Assembly: GCA_025829515.1 (NCBI GenBank)
Contig: GCA_025829515.1_4865.1
Reading direction: 5' to 3' (one strand)
Length of the DNA: 64,000 bases
Source: a phage
Of this stretch, positions 54,544 to 64,000 are shown in pieces (the stretch's first letter is position 1; each line of letters starts with the position of its first letter). The translations under genes were made by a program, and so were the position numbers. The notes under the pieces are model-generated. The model was not told the DNA's origin. It searched no databases and saw only the letters and a list, made by a program, of their open reading frames with translations.

Positions 54544-57500
54544 CTAAGAGGCCCACTCACCCGAGTTGTTGCCTTCGTTTCTACGTTCAGTATCCAACGT
54601 TTGTAAAATCCAATCCCATGTCCTGGTGGGGATGTGGAATGGATTACGCTTCTCAATGAGAATCGTCTCGCCACCCGTGCGAAGTTCCACCGGTGTCGTT
54701 TCAGTAATCACGAACATCGGATTACCACTACTGCCCACGCCATTAATAGTGAACTTCGCTTGCAGCGGCGGCACAGAACCTTCCGGAGGCACGAACACGA
54801 TGTGAATTGGCTGCATCGGTTTCGTGCGGGCAAGTGTCCCAGATATCTGAACAGCTGTTGTCGATGCACTGAAAGGTATAACATTACCCGGAATTTTCTC
54901 ACTACCCACGATGATATATCCAGGGTAGTTAGAGAGCATTGTCCCATTTACCGACACAAAACGCTCATTTTGAGTTGGGCGATAAGCCCGCATAAAGCCG
55001 TACTTCCATTCACCACCGTTAGACGTATAGTCTGCAGGAGCCGACTCAAGTAGCGGAGCACCACGTTTCTGCAGCCCTTTGTAAAACGGCGCTGGGAGTT
55101 TACCGTTCGGTGCAAGTTCCGGATAACCCTCACTTGCAGCAGACATCGTGATGTATTCCGTAACCGGGTTATCGACGTTATCTCCAAAGTTCGCGAACGC
55201 GACGGTTGATATCGACATCTCCTCATGCCCAGAAGACTGGCTGTCCGGAGAACGCTCAATATACGACTCAAATAGCGAGCGTAGATAATGGAAACGATTT
55301 AAATCTACTTCTGTTGTGGAAGGGTCCATCAAACCGTGGTTGATAGTGACACCTTCACCAGTTTCGAGGCCAGTAACACTAATCGATAAAGCGCCGCCTT
55401 TAAAATAATCAATCGCGTCAAACGGAATGTCGTATTCTATCTCACGAACAGTCGCCGAAGCCTGCCCACCTATCTTACTAATCGACGATATTCGCAGTAT
55501 CTGCGTATCAACAATATAGCGATAACGAATAAGCCAGCGCGAACCAATGGCTGCGAACTCGCTAGCGATTGAAACCGGGAGATAGTCTAAACAGTCAGGC
55601 GACTGAACATCCACGCTCTTGATTACACGAGGAGCATCAACCAGCGTATTAGTAACGCTGGATTGTGTGCTGGCAATTCTTCCGGTTGGTTTATCGTACG
55701 GCGCGGCAATAAAGCCACAATTTAAACTGGTCTTGGAGTTACTCCACCGCAGGACTCTGGTTTTACCTTTCTCATCAGCAGAAGGGGCCATGAAGTTTAA
55801 TGAAACTTCGACGTCCGAGGTTTTTGGGACTTCAGGATAATCAGTGTCGATTACCACCGAACCCTCGAATGTCGCCATTCCGTTTTCTTTCGGGTTGCTT
55901 GGTGTAAACCAGCAATACGGGGACGCGTTTTCAGTAGAAACAACCGCCGCAAGAAGAATCCTGAGCGAGGTGGCACTTACGAATTTATAATCAAATAACC
56001 CACGGTCTAAACGAACGAGGTTATCCCCAGAAACAGACGGGTTAGTTGGATACGCGTACAGCCATTGTTTAGGTAACGGATCAACCTTATTCAACGGCAG
56101 CATTTTCGGGTTATCCGTCAATGACCAGTCGGTGTTACTCACCCCGTGTGCCAGACGTGTTTCGAAGTGCCGTTTAAGTTCGGACGCCATGCCAAAATCA
56201 AACGTCGTTTCAAACTCGTAAGTCGTGCCTGCAACCAATCCCGCGTCAGGGACATCGATGTGTCCGATATAGCCGCGTTCCAAGTTAATACCTTCCGTGT
56301 CCACAATAGGTTCGGCGCGCGAATATAACGCATCGGTTATCATGTTCACATAGAGGTAATGCCTTAAACCGTTCGGCGTCTTAACAAACTCCTGCAGGCG
56401 GGCAACTTTAGTGTTTTTATCCGAGGCCCCAACCGCAAAGTCACCGTCGTAAACTGTGAAACGAATTGCGGCTGCTTTAGCGCTATCGTTACACTCGGCA
56501 CGGAATGCTAAGCAATGTTGCTTCCACCCCTTCTTGACAGTCGCCTCCAGATACCCCGCTTCTGTAATACCCGCACCGATAATTTCACCGTCCAGATAAA
56601 CAGAAACAGCACCACCGCCACGAACCCAAATCCGCAGCTTACCAGAGTCGCAACGAACCCATGTTTTCGCCAAGAGGTTAACGACCGACAAATCACCCAT
56701 TCCGGTTGTCGTTAAACCAATCTGCGCACCGTAGTTCGTTTCCGGGACGGCAACCTCAAACCCACTAAAATCAATACCGGCACCGGTATTGATTACCGCG
56801 TTCTGCCACGTTCTTTCCATACGGTTATCTGGAGAGAACCACTGGAACATCGGCGTGGTTTGCAGGTCTATCGAACCAGATACCGTCCCCTCTTTACGTG
56901 CACCATTTAACAGATAGAAATAATTCAAATCCGTTACGGCGAGTGTGGTACGTGTAGATCCCACAGTCCAAGTCTTGCCGCGCACCGCGGCAAAATCGGT
57001 CACGGAGTCCTCTTTCGCGTTTGCTAGCGCAGCTGCAACTACGTCTAAACGTTTTGACAAATCGTTCAGAACGTTTGGGGTAACGCCGCGATTATCCGAC
57101 AAGCCATTTAGGTTGGTAGAATATCGAGCGATACCGGGCACTGTTTGAGAAGCCGTTGGGATCTGTAAATCGGCGAAGTTGTGATGGTGGCCTTTATCAC
57201 TAAGACCAGTAACTGCTTCTGCCAACGCATCAGAAAGTGGTTTATCGACGTCAGCTGTGTTATCAGCCAAGTCCAGACCCAAATCCTTTTTCGTTAGCGT
57301 TCGGCTACCAGTGTCCATCGGCTGGTTATTCAGCAGCGTTGTCTTCCTGACGTACGAAGACAGATCACCCTCGTACGGTAAGAGCGAAGCTGGGGTGGCT
57401 GCTTGTCCCTTGACTACATCGCTCGGCTTATCAGTCAGCGTCACAACGCCGGGTTCAGAGGTCGTCGCGGGTTTGGCTGTGACCTTCCCGGTGACGGGAT

Positions 57501-58674
57501 CGGCTTTTGACCCTTTACCCGTGAAAGTAATGCCGTTCACCCCGCTAATGTACAGTTTGTTGTCATCCGGGTCAACGGTACCACCGCCGGTACCAGGGTC
57601 TTGTTGATAGCCCATGAGAGCAGTTGTGGTCAGTAACGTCGTACCATTAAGCGTCAGCTTATCCATCCCCAAGGCACTGCCAGTCGACTCAATACGTAAT
57701 GTATTGATGCCTGCTTTCCACTCCATAAACCGGACGGTTCCAGTAGTGTCGGCATACCCACACGCCAACACAACAGAGCCATTAGATTTAAGAGTGAATG
57801 CCTCAGCAGAGAACACAATTTCGGATTCACCAGCAGGAGAACGGAACAGGGCACGAGTACCGGATATCGTCGCATTAAACACCCCTCTGGATTCTTTCGA
57901 TACCCATTTAGAAATGTACTTGTCGATATCCGATTGTTGCAGACCCAGTGCACGGACCTCGCTGGTTAACTGACGCAACGTCTTTCCATACGCCAGGAAA
58001 GTATCTGGCGTTTTCAGGTTGACAGGATGCGCACCGGCCTGCGCCGCGGTAGTCCCATGAGGGTTAGTCGACGCAATGTGTCCGGGGTAGTTAAATGTGG
58101 CGATTTCAGTTCCTAAGCCCAAAACCGCATCTTTCAGCTCAGTAAGCTTTTCACGAATCTGCTCGTTGGCCGCCCCGGCATCTAACTCCACATCATGCAC
58201 TGCAGAGGCAACATACTTTTTATTCAGCATGTCTGACCAAGCTACCGCTGCAGGGGTGGCTGGGTACAGGGAAGGTCGATTACCTAAAAGCAGCCAATCT
58301 GCAGCCGTTGGATTGTTGAGTGCCTTAATTAGCTCATCCAACATCTCAATCAAACCACTGTAAAACGTACCCCCGAGCATCTGGCCTTCAAAGACCACCG
58401 CACCACGCAGTTTAGGGTTAATAAGATGCACCCCGCAAAACACCGGGGTCGTCACCGAGTCGTCCAACGGTGTTAAAGCATACTCCAGCTCATAGTCCGT
58501 CCCGCGGGTAAGCGGTATGGACGAGCCGGCGAGCCTTACCACCAATCCTTCGAAAAACGGGCGATGATCTAGCATCACCACCCGATCGTTAGGATTGTCG
58601 GAGTCGATGATACGTTCCTCGATGAAGTGACACTCGGGATTCACACCCCGAGGATCGTAAGGATACGTTTTCAT
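54544..58674 (-). CDS. tail fibre protein (1376 aa)
   Basis: AAGGAG SD; shaft repeats QTVPGIARYST, GVTPNVLNDL, ATPASLLPYEG resemble the T4 gp34/gp12 repeat. Confidence 0.75.
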   Translation of the reverse strand: MKTYPYDPRGVNPECHFIEERIIDSDNPNDRVVMLDHRPFFEGLVVRLAGSSIPLTRGTDYELEYALTPLDDSVTTPVFCGVHLINPKLRGAVVFEGQMLGGTFYSGLIEMLDELIKALNNPTAADWLLLGNRPSLYPATPAAVAWSDMLNKKYVASAVHDVELDAGAANEQIREKLTELKDAVLGLGTEIATFNYPGHIASTNPHGTTAAQAGAHPVNLKTPDTFLAYGKTLRQLTSEVRALGLQQSDIDKYISKWVSKESRGVFNATISGTRALFRSPAGESEIVFSAEAFTLKSNGSVVLACGYADTTGTVRFMEWKAGINTLRIESTGSALGMDKLTLNGTTLLTTTALMGYQQDPGTGGGTVDPDDNKLYISGVNGITFTGKGSKADPVTGKVTAKPATTSEPGVVTLTDKPSDVVKGQAATPASLLPYEGDLSSYVRKTTLLNNQPMDTGSRTLTKKDLGLDLADNTADVDKPLSDALAEAVTGLSDKGHHHNFADLQIPTASQTVPGIARYSTNLNGLSDNRGVTPNVLNDLSKRLDVVAAALANAKEDSVTDFAAVRGKTWTVGSTRTTLAVTDLNYFYLLNGARKEGTVSGSIDLQTTPMFQWFSPDNRMERTWQNAVINTGAGIDFSGFEVAVPETNYGAQIGLTTTGMGDLSVVNLLAKTWVRCDSGKLRIWVRGGGAVSVYLDGEIIGAGITEAGYLEATVKKGWKQHCLAFRAECNDSAKAAAIRFTVYDGDFAVGASDKNTKVARLQEFVKTPNGLRHYLYVNMITDALYSRAEPIVDTEGINLERGYIGHIDVPDAGLVAGTTYEFETTFDFGMASELKRHFETRLAHGVSNTDWSLTDNPKMLPLNKVDPLPKQWLYAYPTNPSVSGDNLVRLDRGLFDYKFVSATSLRILLAAVVSTENASPYCWFTPSNPKENGMATFEGSVVIDTDYPEVPKTSDVEVSLNFMAPSADEKGKTRVLRWSNSKTSLNCGFIAAPYDKPTGRIASTQSSVTNTLVDAPRVIKSVDVQSPDCLDYLPVSIASEFAAIGSRWLIRYRYIVDTQILRISSISKIGGQASATVREIEYDIPFDAIDYFKGGALSISVTGLETGEGVTINHGLMDPSTTEVDLNRFHYLRSLFESYIERSPDSQSSGHEEMSISTVAFANFGDNVDNPVTEYITMSAASEGYPELAPNGKLPAPFYKGLQKRGAPLLESAPADYTSNGGEWKYGFMRAYRPTQNERFVSVNGTMLSNYPGYIIVGSEKIPGNVIPFSASTTAVQISGTLARTKPMQPIHIVFVPPEGSVPPLQAKFTINGVGSSGNPMFVITETTPVELRTGGETILIEKRNPFHIPTRTWDWILQTLDTERRNEGNNSGEWAS

Positions 58675-58686
58675 TCAAAAATCTCC

Positions 58687-61600
58687 TTAATCACGAATAA
58701 TAAGTGTTCGAGCTGACGTGTTTTTCGGATTGAACGTCATCATCTTGGATGGGTGTGCCGCCAGTGGAATTTTACCTGCATCCACTGGTCGGAACGAACT
58801 GTATGAATAGTTGCACATCGCGCTGTTCATCTCATTAATCGTTGAACCTGCATCCACCACGCCAGTAAAGAATCTTGCGCGGTTTAAGCCGGAATAGTTA
58901 ATCGCATAGTCAAGGAACGTGGCGTAATAACGATTCTTTGTCGGCATCGTGTTCAGGTTAGCGTAAGTCAAACGCGCTTCTGTGTCGGAACTAAACAAAC
59001 CACCCACGCCGTGATAAATCGGCGTACTCGGATCGGTAATCAGTTTCGTCAAGTCGATATAGTCAGGACGGAGACGGGTAGACAAATCCTCAGTCCACGA
59101 CTCGCCGGTCGACTGCAAGGTGTATTTCAGCGTCTTTGTTGTCGCGGTTAGCGTCAGCTCAAAGTTGATCGTTTTAGAATCGATGTTAATCGTTCCCACG
59201 AACGAAATACCGTCCGCTGTTCGCGCGTGGCTGAAACGCACCGATGGATTAAGTGCCGTCCAGTCATGGCCGGAACCAGTAACGCCGTTCAAGCCAATAA
59301 CAACCTGTGCAGCACGTCCGTAGTTAACCGCGATTCCCGCATACGTGCTCACGCCGCCTGGAGTGGTAATACGCCCTGCGGTGCGTGCGACGAGTACAGA
59401 AATACGGTGCATGAACGTGGCCGAGTGATGGCAACACCCAATTACCGTTTCTAGCACACTGTCCGCTGTTGCGGTTAAAGGTGTCCACGTTGCGGTAATG
59501 CCGTTATTCTGGAACATCGGGAATGTGTTGTGGACAAAACGATAGTCGGTTACAGATAAACTGGTTGTTTTAAACGTCCATTTATCAGCAGCCGGATCGT
59601 AGTCCGCTTTCAACATAGGCGTATAGCTGCTAGCCTGCGCGTAACGCCAATCGGCATCTATACGTTTTGTACCTGGTGCACCCGTGGACCACACAGGCCC
59701 GCCCGTACCGTAAGTAAATCCGAAATCAGCTTGCGTCATACCCCGACGAATATGGGCGTTATCATCCTCGATATGCTCGCCTAATTCACGGAACTCACCT
59801 AAACGCGTCACGTTGCGGATTTCTACAAAAACCACACCGGTTTCACTGGTGATGATGGAACCTATTTTGGTCATCGTCTCAGTTTCTGCCGTGTTTGGAT
59901 TTTCGTAGATAATGTACTTGCCGTCATCGCCCGCCGCGTCAACATACACGCCAAACTCAGCATCTTCGTGCGTCGCTGGGAATAGCTCCGCCAAGTTAAA
60001 TGTGGAGAGAGGTACTTTGTACTCGCGACCAACGAAATAATCGTTCGCTTTAATAGTAACCATCCAGTCGGTGTAAGTGATGCCGTTTTCAATGGTATCC
60101 GTGCCGGGTAAACCGTAACGAATAATGTTGATTGAAGCACCAGAGTCGACTGTCTTCGCAACCTTCTCTATCTCTGTGATAGCGTCCGCCTGTCGGATGA
60201 CCTCACCGCCGTCTAATGCCAGCGTGGCATCGTCAACCGCGGTGCCGAACTGTACTAAACCGAACTCCGTCGTTGTTGCACGCTTAATCCCGAGCGCAGC
60301 AGGAGCGTGTGTGTGACCGACGACTGCATACTTGTCCAGCTCAGCTCGTTGGAGCGGGGAAATCGGCAATTGCACGTCTGGGATGTTCTGTACGTTCGAT
60401 AAGCCGAAGTTAGTTTTATCGATGTAAATAGAACTCGTCAGTGGCATGTCGTTGATGTACGATTTAACGGCAACCAACTTGCCCGTAAACTGCTGATCCA
60501 ATTTCTTGATGAGTGCCGGCGTTGCGGCCAAGTCCTCACGATCACCGAATTCAGTAGCCAACAAACGGACAGCCATCAGGCCAAGGTCGTCGGACTCCGG
60601 TGGAACAAAAGTACAAATGAACGGAACAGACTGAATACCGTTGCCGTTAATGGTTACAGTAGCTGTGGATGTTCCGTAAAACAGTCCATCACCACCTGAC
60701 TCGTTACCCGGCAGGTACGGTCCGACCGTAGTAGGGTCCAATAGTTTCTTACCGTTGAACTCCAATCCACGGGAATCCGGATAAAGGATGAGTTGGTTAG
60801 CCCCACCTTGCCATGTAATCGGGTTATTCCCGGCGTTAACGGTTTGCGAATCGCGGCCAATAAAACGGATAACCCTCGGGTCAACCGTGAATTGTGCACC
60901 CACGCCTTCAGACTCATCGGTACCCACTGCTGACGTTATCGAAGTCAGGCCAGGCTTCATACCGAAAGTGCCGTTGATAGACTGTGCAGCCGCCGGTAAA
61001 CGTAAAAGCTTATTCGCCAGCGTTGACAGTTTCGGCAACAGATTGTTAACGTAATCTGTCAGCTGCGGTTGCGTTTTTCCGTATACCAGTGTCGCGTCCG
61101 AAGCAATACCGTTATTCTCCAAAGCACGGATTGCGCCCCACGAATCGCGATGTGGGTTATCCTTGCGCGGCACGTGCGTATGTGCTGGTGCATCACGGTA
61201 CAGCTTATCGACAATCTGGTGATATTTTACCAGCAGCTGGTACACGTCGTTGTTAACGTCAGGTGCCGGTGCGCCTGGTAATGAACGAATCTGGACGTAA
61301 TCGTTCTCACCTGCCCACCAGTTTAGGTTGACGCCCGATTTAAACTTCAACCATTTTGCGACATCAGTTTTCTGATACCCTGGTGCAAATTCGCTCGGTG
61401 GGTTGTCAACGTTAAAGCTGTAGTTAACGGTTTGCTTGCTTGTTTTAACGGTAATGTCGTAAACGCCGTTACCTTCGCGTCTGACCACGCTAAGCTCAAT
61501 ATCACCCGCCAACTCGGTATCGGTCAGGCCAGTCGTCAACGTATAGCTGTAATTAGACGAACCAGAACCAATCGCCGTCGTTAAGGTAAGATAAATCGCG

Positions 61601-62400
61601 CGTTGCTTCAACTGAAGACGCAGGATACTTGTCCCACCGTTTGCGTAACAGAGCATCCAATCGATCAACTCGCCTGGGTTCAACGTTGTTTCCGGTGGAA
61701 TGCTCGGTAAACGGTATTTTGCCGCTAACGAATACGCACCGAACGTCGTGTTCTGGTAAGATAACGAATAACGACGACGCGACGCGTTATACGTGTAGCC
61801 GCCAGTACCGTCGTACGTCGCATACTGCTCGGATGTGATAAGCGTGACACCGGCGCGATATTGAAGGTCTAACGTGTTACGAGCAATCGGGTCAACGCGA
61901 CTGATCGCTTCACCGAGCTTAGCACCAACCGCAACAATGGCTTCCATCAACTCGGATTCGCCACGCCAGTTTTCCCAGTCGAACTTAATATCGACCGGTG
62001 GGAAATATAAATCCCCAATGACGTTATCCCATTGGCAGTCTACGGGATAGCGATCTTTATTCGCTTCTCGTTCTGCGGCGATCATTTCTGCAGTGGCTTC
62101 ACCGATGCCAATTGCGTGGTAATCGAGTGTAAAGCCACTCTGATATTTCGGGTTGGTAATCCACACACCGCCGTGACAAACATGGCCAGTGCGTGCCATG
62201 CCCGTAACGTATGCATGGGTGATGACGTAATCATCACCTAATGTTAATTTCTTGCCGCCACTCTTGACCACCAGGGATGTGGTATAAAAGGGGGCGTGTG
62301 CGGGGAACAGCATCCGGTACTTAGTACCGATCGGCGTTACCGCTTCACCGGTCTGCATATTCCCCGGTTCTTGATAGTGCGGGTCAGGGACGACAGCCAT
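58687..62400 (-). CDS. large virion structural protein, tail fibre or baseplate-associated (1237 aa)
   Basis: AAAGGAG SD; first gene of the minus-strand block; shares the N-terminal APFY...G.DY motif with the other fibre proteins. Confidence 0.65.
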   Translation of the reverse strand: MAVVPDPHYQEPGNMQTGEAVTPIGTKYRMLFPAHAPFYTTSLVVKSGGKKLTLGDDYVITHAYVTGMARTGHVCHGGVWITNPKYQSGFTLDYHAIGIGEATAEMIAAEREANKDRYPVDCQWDNVIGDLYFPPVDIKFDWENWRGESELMEAIVAVGAKLGEAISRVDPIARNTLDLQYRAGVTLITSEQYATYDGTGGYTYNASRRRYSLSYQNTTFGAYSLAAKYRLPSIPPETTLNPGELIDWMLCYANGGTSILRLQLKQRAIYLTLTTAIGSGSSNYSYTLTTGLTDTELAGDIELSVVRREGNGVYDITVKTSKQTVNYSFNVDNPPSEFAPGYQKTDVAKWLKFKSGVNLNWWAGENDYVQIRSLPGAPAPDVNNDVYQLLVKYHQIVDKLYRDAPAHTHVPRKDNPHRDSWGAIRALENNGIASDATLVYGKTQPQLTDYVNNLLPKLSTLANKLLRLPAAAQSINGTFGMKPGLTSITSAVGTDESEGVGAQFTVDPRVIRFIGRDSQTVNAGNNPITWQGGANQLILYPDSRGLEFNGKKLLDPTTVGPYLPGNESGGDGLFYGTSTATVTINGNGIQSVPFICTFVPPESDDLGLMAVRLLATEFGDREDLAATPALIKKLDQQFTGKLVAVKSYINDMPLTSSIYIDKTNFGLSNVQNIPDVQLPISPLQRAELDKYAVVGHTHAPAALGIKRATTTEFGLVQFGTAVDDATLALDGGEVIRQADAITEIEKVAKTVDSGASINIIRYGLPGTDTIENGITYTDWMVTIKANDYFVGREYKVPLSTFNLAELFPATHEDAEFGVYVDAAGDDGKYIIYENPNTAETETMTKIGSIITSETGVVFVEIRNVTRLGEFRELGEHIEDDNAHIRRGMTQADFGFTYGTGGPVWSTGAPGTKRIDADWRYAQASSYTPMLKADYDPAADKWTFKTTSLSVTDYRFVHNTFPMFQNNGITATWTPLTATADSVLETVIGCCHHSATFMHRISVLVARTAGRITTPGGVSTYAGIAVNYGRAAQVVIGLNGVTGSGHDWTALNPSVRFSHARTADGISFVGTINIDSKTINFELTLTATTKTLKYTLQSTGESWTEDLSTRLRPDYIDLTKLITDPSTPIYHGVGGLFSSDTEARLTYANLNTMPTKNRYYATFLDYAINYSGLNRARFFTGVVDAGSTINEMNSAMCNYSYSSFRPVDAGKIPLAAHPSKMMTFNPKNTSARTLIIRD

Positions 62401-62467
62401 TTTACACTCCTTTTCTCTGAGGGCGTCGAGTTCATACTATGACCCGAATCCTTAGAGGAAACAGCCA

Positions 62468-63730
62468 GTGACTACTGCTTATCAAGTGCGGGCCGACAGC
62501 GCTTTTGGCTTCTCTCGAGACACCCGAACTTGGGGAACCATCGATGTCACGCAGCCCTTAAATACCCTTTGTGCTAACTACCACTTTTTCGAAGTAGGAC
62601 TAGAAGCACTAGGTGCTGAATATACCTTCTATAGCCAGTATCACCTGGCTGATTTACAAAACCGTACGGACACGTTGCAAGATTGGTTAAACACCAAGTC
62701 AGGAATCGCGATTCCAACGCTTGGGAAGGGCCTACCGAAGCTCGAATTCGTTGAGGCACATTACCAGTCTATTAATGCAGATGTGCCCGTAGAAACGCAC
62801 CTGTGCCCTCCTGGGTACCACTACACCCAGGACTTCAATCCTGATGATGCACACGACGTTGTTGTAGTCTGCGACGATGAGTGGAAAGAGAAATACCGTA
62901 CTGGAGTGCTGTACAACATCAACGGCCAGTGGGTACCTCACCAATCTGACCCAGTGGGCGTTCGCTTAACCGGCGCTGGTAATATCGTGCGGCGTGCCAA
63001 TACGCCAGACATTGGCTGTCTGGTGATGGCAAATATCGGTAAAGTAAAGACCTACCCCATATCCGGTTTAACGATGAACAAACTCGATACTACGCGAGAT
63101 TACTATTCTTCGTTAATGCTGACCTTACCCGATTCCATTACAGGGAAAACCGTTGGGTTCGTCATCGGAGGTATTCTGCATTGGTTGCCGCCGCAGGGCT
63201 ATTTCAGCGACCGTGCGATTATGCTGAGTCTGCCAAACCTTAGCGTGGCGAAGATTGTATTGGAAACCCGTCGCTATTACGATTGGGACGCCATCGGTGT
63301 AGGTGATTTAAGTACGCCTACGTCCGTTCAACGTATTCGTAACTCAGAAACGTTAAAAGCGTTGCTGACGCACGAATCCTCGTTTATCTTTACGATAGAC
63401 AACCCGTATCTCGAAAAAGAGATTCACGGAATAAGCCACAACGCTATCTGGGGCCGGTTCTATTTAAAAGACCCGACTGACCCAGATGGGAAGAAGACGC
63501 TAGGTCCTATCTTTAACCGTATTGGTAAATGTGTAGGGTACTGGCCGACCTGGGAAGAAGGGGAGTGGGTCTTTAATACCACATTCTTCGACCGGGAAAA
63601 CTTTTTGTTGGGGAACGCGCGTTGGTATAACCAGAATTTGGTAAACGACGCGCAGGCAATCGTCGGGCCTTTCGGGGCTTGGGGTAAGCCGTTTGTTGAA
63701 ATGCATCGCTACAAAGCAAGAAAAAAATAA
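62468..63730 (+). CDS. hypothetical protein (420 aa)
   Basis: GTG start; divergent from the fibre block; followed by terminator. Confidence 0.55.
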   Translation: MTTAYQVRADSAFGFSRDTRTWGTIDVTQPLNTLCANYHFFEVGLEALGAEYTFYSQYHLADLQNRTDTLQDWLNTKSGIAIPTLGKGLPKLEFVEAHYQSINADVPVETHLCPPGYHYTQDFNPDDAHDVVVVCDDEWKEKYRTGVLYNINGQWVPHQSDPVGVRLTGAGNIVRRANTPDIGCLVMANIGKVKTYPISGLTMNKLDTTRDYYSSLMLTLPDSITGKTVGFVIGGILHWLPPQGYFSDRAIMLSLPNLSVAKIVLETRRYYDWDAIGVGDLSTPTSVQRIRNSETLKALLTHESSFIFTIDNPYLEKEIHGISHNAIWGRFYLKDPTDPDGKKTLGPIFNRIGKCVGYWPTWEEGEWVFNTTFFDRENFLLGNARWYNQNLVNDAQAIVGPFGAWGKPFVEMHRYKARKK

Positions 63731-63780
63731 AAGGTAAACCCTACTCCCATTGGGAGTAGGGTACCTATATCTTTTTTGCC
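63731..63780. terminator. bidirectional intrinsic terminator
   Basis: ccctactccc-attg-ggagtaggg hairpin with T-runs on both strands. Confidence 0.8.
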
Positions 63781-63790
63781 CGCAGGCCGA

Positions 63791-64000
63791 TTACGCGTTT
63801 ACGTAATAGATGGCGTTGCCGAACATTTTGTTGTTGCCGCCACAAGCGGTAACTTTGAATGCTACGCCGCCTTCAGCTTCAGCTTTTTTAGCCAGCGCTT
63901 CGGTAACTTCGGTAACGGTGCTCAGTCCAGAAACCTGAACAGTGCCTGCTTCTACCAGACCAGAAACGTCGCTGCCTGCGGTGATTTCACGAATGCTCAT
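63791..64000 (-). CDS. DUF1471 (YdgH/BhsA/YjfY)-like small protein, probably 5'-partial at window edge
   Basis: GTVQVSGLSTVTEVTEALAKKAEAEGGVAFKVTA...GNAIYY matches the DUF1471 pattern; no signal peptide in window. Confidence 0.45.
   Translation of the reverse strand: MSIREITAGSDVSGLVEAGTVQVSGLSTVTEVTEALAKKAEAEGGVAFKVTACGGNNKMFGNAIYYVNA

Noticed and set aside
49533-57973. Numerous 60-140-aa plus-strand ORFs
   Set aside because: All lie antisense inside the long minus-strand fibre genes; no SD or conservation.
17593-63761. Two terminator hairpins with the same stem sequence (ccctactcc...ggagtaggg) at 17593-17618 and 63739-63761
   Set aside because: Probably just a shared terminator sequence; reused stems are common in phage genomes and I see no further significance.
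1-64000. tRNA genes, integrase, transposase or att-like prophage boundaries
   Set aside because: Intergenic regions are too short and lack cloverleaf-like structure; no recombinase-like ORF was recognised, so no mobile-element boundary can be claimed from this window.

Overview
This 64-kb window looks like part of a large, gene-dense tailed dsDNA phage (or prophage) from an enterobacterial-type host; that is read from the sequence alone (about 50% GC by eye, an E. coli-like Dam methylase, Shine-Dalgarno sites, many hairpin plus T-run terminators, T4-like tail-fibre shaft repeats). No database search or HMM was run, so every functional call rests on motifs I recognise by eye. Layout: (1) 26-18,909, plus strand: small early-type genes including a Dam methyltransferase, GNAT-like proteins, a 75-aa HslU N-terminal fragment with an intact Walker A motif, a PP-loop-like protein, and a 1005-aa protein of unknown function. 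(2) 19,063-39,074, plus strand: an array of at least 19 paralogous genes (21 counting dispersed members at 9,813 and 41,967), including a 3-gene module repeated three times in tandem with a period of about 3.35 kb, a chimeric frameshifted pseudogene, and a conserved C-terminal NGELDGF tag. (3) 39,180-41,225: lysis-like cassette (GH108-type endolysin, small membrane ORFs, DUF1353-like, M15-like peptidase), then a convergent lipoprotein gene. (4) 42,576-62,400, minus strand: four large tail-fibre-like proteins followed, in the same operon, by three tandem genes for Cys-rich (C-X3-C repeat) peptides with a shared leader, then a 295-aa unknown protein, two radical SAM enzymes (one with a SPASM-type C-terminus) and two further unknowns. 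This last cluster is my best candidate for an undescribed system: a RiPP-like, radical-SAM-dependent maturation module attached to the tail-fibre operon. No tRNA, CRISPR array, integrase or transposase was recognised.
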